From an uncultured Methanosarcinaceae archaeon (GTDB lineage: Archaea; Halobacteriota; Methanosarcinia; Methanosarcinales; Methanosarcinaceae), in contig CAWJYV010000001.1 in NCBI GenBank assembly GCA_963847185.1, forward strand, positions 1-64,000: 64,000 nucleotides of DNA. The letters run 5' to 3'. A model generated the notes under the pieces. That model had not been told where the DNA came from. It did not search any database and saw only the letters and a list, made by a program, of their open reading frames with translations. Of this stretch, positions 55,734 through 64,000 are shown in pieces (positions within the stretch are counted from its first letter, which is position 1; each line of letters starts with the position of its first letter). The position numbers were made by a program, and so were the translations under genes.

Positions 55734-57376
55734 CTTGACTTTGTCACATTTCCTTTTCACGTCTACCGTGAAGTATAATTTTATTCCTATATATTTGAGA
55801 TCGTGAAACAAATAACAAGTGACTTTATCAAGTCAAACACTATCTCTGTAGAAAAATACATTTCTGAAACGAATCTTGAATTCTATTTTCAAACTAAAAC
55901 TCGTTGTGTCGCTTCAACGTGTATTGATTACCTTAATGGTTTGATGCTTCTTCCATATCGGAAAAATTTGAGAAAAATGGCAATTTATTGTTGTAAATGC
56001 TCTAACAACGAATCACTCAGCCATTTCCTCTCAACTTCTCCTTGGCTTTCTGCAGATCTCCTCAAATCTGTTCGAACAAAAGCCATTCAAACTATAGGCA
56101 AAAATGGTGTTCTTATACTTGACGAATCAAGCATAAAAAAATCTGGAAATAGTTCTGTTGGAGTTTCTCATCAGTATTGTGGCAACCTTGGAAAAAAGGA
56201 CAATTGTCAGGTTGGTGTATTCCTTGCTTATTTTAAAAAGAAGAGAAGAATGTTGATTGATGAGAGATTATATCTCCCACAAAAATGGATTGATGATAAG
56301 GTACGTTGTTTAAAGGCTAAAGTTCCTCTTGAAGAGATTAAATTCCGAACCAAGCATGAGCTTGGTCTTGAAATGATTGATAATGCAATAGAAGAAGGTA
56401 TTCCTTTTTCCTATGTTACAATGGATGGATTCTACGGTGAAAATCCGGAGTTGTTGACAGAACTTGAAATTAGAGGTTTAACTTTTGTTGCAGACATAGC
56501 TGTCGATACTCTTGTTTATATTGAGGAACCAGTTGCTGAGATACCTGCGAAAAAGGGAATAAGAGGAAGAAAACCCACTATCCCCAAGGTTTTGAATACA
56601 TTATCAACAAGAGTAGATTCTCTTTCCAATTCAGTTGAGGGATGGGAACTTATCAATGTTAGAAAAACGGAAAGAGGGTATAAAAAAGTCTATTTTAAGG
56701 CTATAAAAGTTTGGAGACGTCAGAATAAATTACCTTGTGAGAAGCCGGTATGGCTTCTTATAAGTAAAGATTCAGAATCAAATGAAATTAAATATTCACT
56801 ATGTAACGCCTCTGAAGATACATCATTCGATAAACTTGCAAAAATGCAGAGTTCAAGGTATTGGATTGAGAGAGCATTTCAAGATGCGAAAGGAGACTGT
56901 GGAATGGCAGAATACATGGTGAGAAATTGGAATGCGTGGCACCATCATATGGCATTAGTAATGCTTGCAATGCTTATTTTACTCTCCTATCAGAAAAAAT
57001 TCAACAAAATGTATAAGATGTCAATTCCTGGAGTTTTATGGATACTGAAGTACCATAATCCATTGAAAAGAATCGATGCTCGGGAAATTGCAGGAATCTT
57101 AAATCAAGATAATGAGTTGAGAAGGAAAGCAAGGGTTAGCAGATTAAGAAGTTCATAATAATTTTCTGATTGGAATAAAATGGATTCGTGTTCCGACGAC
57201 TGGTAAGTATACAATTTTGACAGGAAAAATTTATGACAGTAGAAATAATGGAGATAGTGATCAAGAAAAAAATAGAAGAAACAAGAATAGGAAAGGGAAA
57301 AGATTAAAGATACAGCAAATTTGAATGGAAATAAGTTGTGATGATTGTAAAAATGAGTTAATTTGACAAAGTCAAG
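55734..57376 (+). mobile_element. IS701-family insertion sequence
   Basis: TIRs CTTGACTTTGTCACATT and AATTTGACAAAGTCAAG; 4-bp target duplication TTAC. Confidence 0.9.
55803..57158 (+). CDS. IS701-family transposase
   Basis: ILDESSIKKSG..SVGV.HQYCGNLGKKDNCQVGV, DGFYG, RYWIERAFQDAK..CGM. Confidence 0.95.
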   Translation: MKQITSDFIKSNTISVEKYISETNLEFYFQTKTRCVASTCIDYLNGLMLLPYRKNLRKMAIYCCKCSNNESLSHFLSTSPWLSADLLKSVRTKAIQTIGKNGVLILDESSIKKSGNSSVGVSHQYCGNLGKKDNCQVGVFLAYFKKKRRMLIDERLYLPQKWIDDKVRCLKAKVPLEEIKFRTKHELGLEMIDNAIEEGIPFSYVTMDGFYGENPELLTELEIRGLTFVADIAVDTLVYIEEPVAEIPAKKGIRGRKPTIPKVLNTLSTRVDSLSNSVEGWELINVRKTERGYKKVYFKAIKVWRRQNKLPCEKPVWLLISKDSESNEIKYSLCNASEDTSFDKLAKMQSSRYWIERAFQDAKGDCGMAEYMVRNWNAWHHHMALVMLAMLILLSYQKKFNKMYKMSIPGVLWILKYHNPLKRIDAREIAGILNQDNELRRKARVSRLRSS

Positions 57377-57708
57377 TTACATTATCTATTCCATAGTAAG
57401 CAGATACTAGCATTGCATTATAAGAAAAAAATGGATTATCCGACCACCAACTACACTGTTTATCTTTGCCTAGAATAGAGACACTAGATGGATAAAAGTA
57501 ATCAATATCTTCAGGTGTAATCGTAACCGGAATATAAATTAATTTATTTTCTTTAAATGTGTTTACCATGTTGTAACCCCTTAATTTCCTGATCTTTAAC
57601 GGACTTTGCGAAATTTAAAAAAAGAAATGAAGAGATAGATTTTTGTTAAAAATAAAAAATTTAAAGTTTTGGGTTGTATTTTTTGGTTTTTAAAACCTTT
57701 TCAGGATA

Positions 57709-59118
57709 TTAGATAGCACTAGAAGCTTTGCCATCTTTTTTATCTTCAATATCTTCCACAAATGTTGGTTTTCCCCAGTTCTCGAGTTCAGTTTCATGGA
57801 AGGGATCTACATAACTTCCACCAGGGAACATTTTCATTGCAATCTGGTAAACTGGCATATACTTGCTTTTATCCTTTTCACCTTTTTTAAATATAATATC
57901 AGGTTGATAATCTTCAACTGGTTCTAAATTACCTTTAAGTCCAAACAATACAAACTCGACAACACCGTTGAAATATACACCAGGTTTTCTTTCAGCATCA
58001 TATATCCCGATAGATTTCAGACTGAAACCCCAACTTCGCATGAGACCCCATCTATCTTCGAGATTTTGAGTAGTCGCCCATAAAAAAAGTGCAGAATCTT
58101 TTGAAATTTTGGTTTCTGTTTTCTTAGCTTCGTCGGCATTTTTTGGATCCGCAACTATAACATTATACACCCCTGGTGGTGGTACAGCTATCATTTTAGG
58201 TGGCTTATTAGTATGTTCTTTCTTGTACTTCTCGAAATCTTTATCGGCTTTGTTTGGTGTGACAGCGCCTGTTATAGCTTTATCTACAAGCTCTTTTGCT
58301 TTCGCAGCAACGTCCTTAATTTCTTGTGGAGCATCTTCTTTAGCGTTAGGGTCTTTTGCAGCTTCCATTAACTTGAGTAACTTATATCCTGCATCAATTG
58401 AGAGGCGATCAGCCCTCATTTCATCCATAACATATTTGGCATCTTTATCTTTGTTATTATACGACTTCCCTATATATTTCAGATTTGAAAGGGTGCCTTC
58501 ACTGAGACCTATTACTTTAGCTTGCTTTTCGGTAGTGCTACCATATTCTTCGTCCCGATAACTCAGATCTGAGTTAACGGAATTTTGTTTAAGTTTACTT
58601 TGTTTTCGCTCATCGGCGCGTTTAGTGTAAATTTCTTCTAAAAGTTCAGTTTCTTTAAAAATCTGTAATGGATTTTTCTTTCGATGCTTATTGAATTCAA
58701 TTATAGCTTCTTCTTCATCTACATCTAAAGAAAACGGCTTCATGAAGCACAGAGCTTCAATTTCTTTGTATTCTTTATTTTCTTTTTTCTTATACTCTTC
58801 TTCTTTTTGTAATTCTTTTAATGCTCTCCATCTGCGATGACCAGATATAATCAGATACTCCTGGTCAATGACAATAGGTTCAAGCTGGCCAAGGTCTCTA
58901 ATACTCTCTTTTAAAGCCTCATCAATTGTTTCCTTCCCATATATCTCAATATTTTTTGGATGTTCTTTAAGCTTTTTAGGATTGATAGGAAAAATTCCGC
59001 TAATTACTTCTTTTTTCTTTGGTTGTTCTTGTTTTTCATCTTGCAGTACTTGTTCATCTTGCAGTACTTGTTCATTATCATGAACATGTTTTTGAGTATC
59101 TTCTTTATTTACTTCCAT
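57709..59118 (-). CDS. ParB N-terminal domain, HTH and degenerate MT-A70 methyltransferase-like fusion
   Basis: LKESIRDLGQLEPI...ISGHRRWRA; KQAKVIGLSEGTL; YNVIVADPKN...LFLWATT...WGF...EFVLFGLKG. Confidence 0.85.
   Translation of the reverse strand: MEVNKEDTQKHVHDNEQVLQDEQVLQDEKQEQPKKKEVISGIFPINPKKLKEHPKNIEIYGKETIDEALKESIRDLGQLEPIVIDQEYLIISGHRRWRALKELQKEEEYKKKENKEYKEIEALCFMKPFSLDVDEEEAIIEFNKHRKKNPLQIFKETELLEEIYTKRADERKQSKLKQNSVNSDLSYRDEEYGSTTEKQAKVIGLSEGTLSNLKYIGKSYNNKDKDAKYVMDEMRADRLSIDAGYKLLKLMEAAKDPNAKEDAPQEIKDVAAKAKELVDKAITGAVTPNKADKDFEKYKKEHTNKPPKMIAVPPPGVYNVIVADPKNADEAKKTETKISKDSALFLWATTQNLEDRWGLMRSWGFSLKSIGIYDAERKPGVYFNGVVEFVLFGLKGNLEPVEDYQPDIIFKKGEKDKSKYMPVYQIAMKMFPGGSYVDPFHETELENWGKPTFVEDIEDKKDGKASSAI
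58555..58580. promoter_or_regulatory. Intragenic near-perfect 26-bp palindrome (parS-like candidate)
   Basis: CCGATAACTCAGATCTGAGTTAACGG matches the perfect palindrome at 26394-26419 at 25 of 26 positions. Confidence 0.6.
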
Positions 59119-59190
59119 ATATTATAATAAAAGTTTTTATTATAAAAGACTTACTAATATTTTTATATATGTTTGTGTTAATATATTGTT

Positions 59191-60756
59191 ATGTTCTATG
59201 AAATTTTTGAAAAAAAATGGTTTAATTATAAGCCTTATAACACTTATTCAAACGAAAAAAAAATTGATGTACTTCTTACCTTACGTAGTGTTTTTAATAT
59301 AAAATTAGAAGCAACTGAAAATATTAGAGAATTGAGATATTTAGATGTTTTAGAGGAAAAAATATTAAGACTAGTACAGTCTGACTTAATAGAGGATATA
59401 TATAAGTGCGAGAATGAAATAAACAAACTAAACGAAGATATTACAGATCCAGATATACTAGAAAAAATAGAGACTGCTGGTATTGATGGGACAATGCATA
59501 AAATAACTGGACATGAAAAATTATCTGATAACGGCTTTGATCATATTAAAGGACTACTTCTATTGAATGAACTTCACGTACTTCAAATGGAATCGTTAAA
59601 GGATCGAAAACGTATTCCTTATATCAGTGAATATGAAAAAAAAGTTTTGAGTGAAATATTAAACATTTTATCAATTTCTATTTTCGATAACTACCAAAAA
59701 ATGGAATCTATTTATCGTCGGAAGATTCCAATTGATTTTAAATATAGACGAGAATTAAAAGATGCAATAGAAGATTCAGAAATAGAAAATTCTAAAGTTT
59801 TAGGTCCGGAAAAAAGTCATATCCAGGTTGATTACCTAAAAACAGAAGATCTAGATTTAAGAAAATGGGAGCCTAAAAAATGGTTTACAAGACGATATGA
59901 TTTATTTCGGGCTTCATACGATCCATATTATTTCGCTTATATATTTAATTTTCAAGCGTTAATGAACGGTTTTGACAGATATTCTCTAAAGAAACAAATT
60001 GAAGTTGGTCTTGCTAATTATTGCTCAATTCAAGTACAACTCAAAGCTCTTTACATGCGGTTAAATGAAAAAAAAGAGCTAACTGAGTATGAAGAAATAA
60101 TATGGAATTATAGAATTAGAACACTTTTCTCCAGTAAGATTTATTATGACGTTCTTATAGCAAAAATATTCTTAATCGATATCAAAAAGGATCATTTTTA
60201 TAAAGACAATATATTAAACGAACTTGAAAGAAAAGTATCAAAAAATATTAAATTAGAGAAGTACCACATAGAAAATGACCAACCATTTACTCTATCTATG
60301 GAATCTTCTTATTGTGAACCTGCTAAAAAAAATAAAGAACTTCTAGAAGAAGCAGAAAAAGTTTACAACTATAAGTACAATTCTTTGTGTTGTTTTATTA
60401 AACCTGATCAAATGAGTGTTGACAGAGCCTATATACCTCCTAGTGATCCTTACAACCCTAACCAAGCAGAGTTCATTAAATTTCTTTTGGCAAAACATGA
60501 GTTAGAAACAGTAGAAATCGAAGCATTGCTTCAATATAATCGAACATTAAATAAATCGAGATATGAAAATAAATATGATAAAATTTTCGTTAAAAGCCTA
60601 TGTGCTTACAAAACATCGTGTGTTCTACTGACAGATGAAGAAATATGGGATGCATACTATACGCTCCCAGATGATTATCCTGATAAAGGAAAAATTCTCA
60701 ATGAAATAAAAAAGGCAAAGGTTGATCTTGATCCAAAGGAAATTAATAAAGAGTAA
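59191..60756 (+). CDS. Hypothetical protein (521 aa), divergent from the ParB-like gene
   Basis: Long open frame, Lys/Glu/Ile-rich; no motif recognised. Confidence 0.75.
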   Translation: MFYEIFEKKWFNYKPYNTYSNEKKIDVLLTLRSVFNIKLEATENIRELRYLDVLEEKILRLVQSDLIEDIYKCENEINKLNEDITDPDILEKIETAGIDGTMHKITGHEKLSDNGFDHIKGLLLLNELHVLQMESLKDRKRIPYISEYEKKVLSEILNILSISIFDNYQKMESIYRRKIPIDFKYRRELKDAIEDSEIENSKVLGPEKSHIQVDYLKTEDLDLRKWEPKKWFTRRYDLFRASYDPYYFAYIFNFQALMNGFDRYSLKKQIEVGLANYCSIQVQLKALYMRLNEKKELTEYEEIIWNYRIRTLFSSKIYYDVLIAKIFLIDIKKDHFYKDNILNELERKVSKNIKLEKYHIENDQPFTLSMESSYCEPAKKNKELLEEAEKVYNYKYNSLCCFIKPDQMSVDRAYIPPSDPYNPNQAEFIKFLLAKHELETVEIEALLQYNRTLNKSRYENKYDKIFVKSLCAYKTSCVLLTDEEIWDAYYTLPDDYPDKGKILNEIKKAKVDLDPKEINKE

Positions 60757-60886
60757 ACACCAGATAGAGAGTTATACAAGCATATAACTGTCCAGGTTCG
60801 AAACCTTCATCCATTTCTTGATTGGGTCTGATAGGTGATAGAGATGTTGACATATTTCTTGTCAGCATCAATTACTGGTCTTGTCA

Positions 60887-61030
60887 TTAGGCCACTTCAC
60901 TTGCAGCTTCGAGAACAACTTCGACCATTGCCTTTTCAATTGATGATCCATGCTTCAGTACATACTCAATACTCTCAGGATATTGTTTGATAATATCCTG
61001 TGCCGTTGTAACCTTCTTTTGTAACCTCAT
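60887..61030 (-). CDS. 47-aa small protein downstream of the integrase
   Basis: MRLQKKVTTAQDIIKQYPESIEYVLKHGSSIEKAMVEVVLEAASEVA; a homologous truncated start MRSQKNITTAQDIVKRYPESIE lies at 6115-6050. Confidence 0.6.
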   Translation of the reverse strand: MRLQKKVTTAQDIIKQYPESIEYVLKHGSSIEKAMVEVVLEAASEVA

Positions 61031-61368
61031 ATAAACTATAAATTATTGATTCATTCCTAATGTAAGATAAGATCGTAGTGATTAGATGCCTTCTTTTATA
61101 AAACAAAATTACATTGAGGCTTTAAAACAATACGTATTTATAGGATTCGACTTGCTCAAGATTTGATCTATCCCAAAGACAAAACAAGAATCGAAATAAC
61201 TAAAGGGCACTGGATTTTCCAGGTCATATAACCTTAGTAGTCTCCTGTTAGATTAGTGCGTGGCTTCTAATAAGATATGCACCCAATAGGGGTTTTAGAG
61301 AAAAGTAGAGAGAATAACGATAATCACAATATGTATTAATAGGAATCGCAAAAGTTGAGCAAAAAAAA

Positions 61369-62565
61369 TTACTTTATTTTGGATGAAACTTTAGCCAGTA
61401 AGGTTGGATCTTGTTGTAAATATGTGAGTAAATCTGATATTAGCATTTCCTTATCCTGTGCTGCTTCCTGTGTGACCGGCATCCCACAATCACAATATCT
61501 CATTCCTGACGGGATCGGCATACTGCACCTGGCACATCTATTAATCTTGTTTCCTTCCTTATCCTGAACAACTCTTATCCCGTAAGATGCAAGTACAGCA
61601 TTATCAATTTCGGGATTCGACAAATGTATATACGTTTCCGTTTGGCTGCTAGATCCAGCCCATCCAAATTGCTTCTTAAGCTGTTGTTCAGTCATTGTAT
61701 TGGCGAGTCTAGTTGCCTGAGAATGGCGGAGTAAATGACAATATACGTTCTTTTTAATCCCAGCTTTCTTGGCTGCCTTTTTTAACAACAGATTCATTGA
61801 TATTGTTCTTAGTGGCGTGTGCACACGCGGTTCGTCCTTAGCTTGTTTCTGTTTATTCTTACTATAACTTCTATTAGTATACTCTCTAGCTGTAGTGAAT
61901 AATGGAGCTTGGGGATCATTTGCATTTGGATGATCAACAAGCCACTGCTTAAGATACACCTGGTACTTATGCAACAACACCTGTCTCTTCCCAGTTTTAC
62001 CATTAAGTGTTATATGGAACCCATAGGGATGATCTTTAACATCGCCTATTTTACAGTTTTGGATTTCCCCAACTCTTGCTCCTAACTCATAAATTATAGC
62101 TACCAATGCTTTATCCCGGATGCCAATACAACATGCAATTATTTTCTCAACTTCTTCCTCACTAAGGATATCTTCCGACTCTAATTTTTTACCTTCTACT
62201 CTAGCAAACCCGAACTTTGCAAGCTCAATTAGCTCTTTATTATCAGTGCTTGCACCATATCCTTTCAGGAACCTTTGAAACGTAATTTTGTACTGCATCT
62301 TACTTGTCGGGCTGGCAGGATTCCCATTTTTCTTTGTCCAATCATTGATTGCGTCTTGGATATCATTAACATCCTTCTTGGTCAACTTGTCCAGGTCGGT
62401 CTTAGTATGTGTCAACAGGAACCGCAAAAAATGCTCATTGTTTCTAATGGTAGCTTCCTTCAAACCACTACGATTCAGGTCCTTTAGATACTCAAGAACA
62501 ATGCTCTGGTTATGTTCGGAAATATTATTCTCAATACAAAAGTTAACTATATTATGCGTATCCAT
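61369..62565 (-). CDS. Tyrosine recombinase/integrase with a C-terminal zinc ribbon (intact)
   Basis: GARVGEI (R), GKTG (K), HLLRH (HxxR), FGW (W), ETYIH (Y); CARC...CDCG. Probable start MDTHN at 62565. Confidence 0.95.
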   Translation of the reverse strand: MDTHNIVNFCIENNISEHNQSIVLEYLKDLNRSGLKEATIRNNEHFLRFLLTHTKTDLDKLTKKDVNDIQDAINDWTKKNGNPASPTSKMQYKITFQRFLKGYGASTDNKELIELAKFGFARVEGKKLESEDILSEEEVEKIIACCIGIRDKALVAIIYELGARVGEIQNCKIGDVKDHPYGFHITLNGKTGKRQVLLHKYQVYLKQWLVDHPNANDPQAPLFTTAREYTNRSYSKNKQKQAKDEPRVHTPLRTISMNLLLKKAAKKAGIKKNVYCHLLRHSQATRLANTMTEQQLKKQFGWAGSSSQTETYIHLSNPEIDNAVLASYGIRVVQDKEGNKINRCARCSMPIPSGMRYCDCGMPVTQEAAQDKEMLISDLLTYLQQDPTLLAKVSSKIK

Positions 62566-63083
62566 AGAAACTTTCTCCAATTTATAATTATACAACGCAT
62601 AATATATATAAGATTGGATAATGTATATTATTAACTGGTTTTTGGGAAGGAAATGATTAATATTACTAAACATTTGTAAATAAATTACTTTTAGGAGTAG
62701 AAGGTTTTGGGGGTGGTAGGCAAAATAACCTTTACAATAAAATTTAGTTTATAGAGTTTTAAGTAAGCTAGCTTCCATATGAAATTTAATAAGCGTGTGA
62801 CGTGGTGCCAGTCTAAACACTTGTAGAAGAGATTGTCCGCGGGATATGTAGAAGACTGTCCCCGCACCTGTTATTAATTTATACCCCTGTGACTGTAGTC
62901 GGGCAGCTCGGAAATAATAATAATAAGAAGGGAAAATATAAGCAAACTGTTCGTATAAAATATATACTACAAAAGTTTCAAAAAAGGAATGATGTTTATT
63001 ATCGGATGGATAATAGGTCTATACCACAAAACATTATTGAGCACCGGAATTTGTAATAAGTTATATACTACAAAATGTTGATA

Positions 63084-63710
63084 TTACTCCAACTCGACTT
63101 CACCGCTAACAATCTCCCTCATGCGATTTTCCATGTATAATATTGTTTCTTTCTTTTTTATATACTGCTGCCCGTATGTGGTTATTGAGTAGTACGGCAA
63201 TAGTTGTTCAGGGAGCAATTTCAAGTCTTCTTTTGTTGTTATATGACGACTGACAGGGAATTTACCATAGGTCTCCATATGCTGAGACCTTTTTGCAACC
63301 CGATTCAGGCTAACGCCGCGCTGAATTCTGTTCAAATAATTTGCATACGCCTCTATGCCCTTTTTTGTGATTTTGTAGCGATAGAGACCATTCGGCCCTT
63401 TCTTTTCTAATCGCTGTATGTAAGGTAGTTTAATGATCTTGCCATTTCTTTTCTGGATCTTCTGATACCGTGACATGACACTTGAAACTGCTGTATATTG
63501 AACCCCCGTAATTCTTTCAATATCTCGTGTAGTCAGTGGTTCTTTATCTTCTAACCATGTGTTATACAGCGCCTCTAAAATACGGAACTTTAAAAAGTTG
63601 GGTTTATGAGCATATCCGATTTTCACGATATTTCTCACCTGAAAGTTTTGTGTGAAAATTAATATCGGAAGCCTCGATAATAAGGGTTTGTTTCCGCTAT
63701 CCGCAGGCAC
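63084..63710 (-). CDS. Winged-helix DNA-binding protein, paralog 4
   Basis: Same family as 8158-8703, 11028-11285 and 33413-34036. Confidence 0.75.
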   Translation of the reverse strand: MPADSGNKPLLSRLPILIFTQNFQVRNIVKIGYAHKPNFLKFRILEALYNTWLEDKEPLTTRDIERITGVQYTAVSSVMSRYQKIQKRNGKIIKLPYIQRLEKKGPNGLYRYKITKKGIEAYANYLNRIQRGVSLNRVAKRSQHMETYGKFPVSRHITTKEDLKLLPEQLLPYYSITTYGQQYIKKKETILYMENRMREIVSGEVELE

Positions 63711-64000
63711 AATATATATTAATAGGGTTACTCAGGCAAGTTTTTCGGGATATAAAAAAGCAAAATTCCGACTTTACATTTATCCCTGTATAATTCCCTT
63801 AATTATATGGCTTCCCGGAAACTGGAGATACAAGCCTTAGAAGAAGCTAAAAGCTTGGCTGCGAGGCTTAGCGTGGCTTCCAATAATAAGTATGTAGAAT
63901 AAAGGTCCGGTAGGATAAAAAAGAGATTGGAGTGATTGTCCTGTTAATTTTATGGTCACAATGTTTGGAGTTGAATTAAGGGTAGCCACGAGCTAAAAGC

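Larger units (their letters stand above)
54543..57569 (-). pseudogene. tRNA-guanine transglycosylase-fold (TGT/DpdA-like) gene interrupted by an IS
   Basis: GDSGGYQ, MTLDIP, FHLLG, FDSSS, CICPIC...HNL. Joining 57569-57377 to 55729-54543 restores a 459-aa frame. Confidence 0.85.
60970..63920. repeat. Right copy of the integrase-wHTH direct repeat
   Basis: Colinear with 6049-8945. Confidence 0.9.

Noticed and set aside
57709-58180. Active MT-A70 adenine methyltransferase
   Set aside because: The catalytic DPPW is replaced by DPKN and the following segment appears shortened.
6049-63920. Complete provirus or conjugative element
   Set aside because: No capsid, terminase, portal, relaxase or VirB4-like gene was recognised; the single fibre-like gene is insufficient.

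Overview
This is an AT-rich accessory region, most likely from a Methanosarcina-like methanogenic archaeon (inferred from the MITE types, PKD/YVTN surface proteins and PAS-HisKA_2 kinase style). I found no housekeeping, rRNA or tRNA genes and no CRISPR array. Most of the window (about 6.05-63.9 kb) looks like one ~55-kb unit of an integrative element, bounded by two direct copies of a module made of a small ORF, a tyrosine integrase with a C-terminal Zn ribbon, and a winged-helix gene. The apparent core (45.9-63.9 kb) encodes a DUF1249-like protein, an RHH protein, a P-loop replication-type ATPase with an iteron-rich candidate origin, a stand-alone Cas8b-CTD/Cas11-like remnant, an IS-interrupted TGT/DpdA-like gene and a ParB-HTH-degenerate MT-A70 fusion. 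The cargo (9-45.8 kb) includes a DUF4157 protein with a possible nuclease tail, a tail-fibre-like protein with two effector-like genes sharing a 40-aa leader, a TPR-nitrilase, an EamA transporter, YVTN and SGNH-PKD surface proteins, a HEPN-like ORF, and several small peptide genes absent from the ORF track. The main signal is a family of co-oriented non-coding fold-back repeats that separates the cargo blocks. One subtype carries a 26-bp palindrome (CCGATAACTCAGATCTGAGTTATCGG) that also occurs, with one mismatch, inside the ParB-like gene. This suggests a parS-like site and an integron-like cassette-accretion system; both remain untested inferences. IS701, IS1 and IS5 elements and many MITEs are also present. 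All family assignments come from motif recognition by eye, not database searches, and several frameshifts could be assembly errors.
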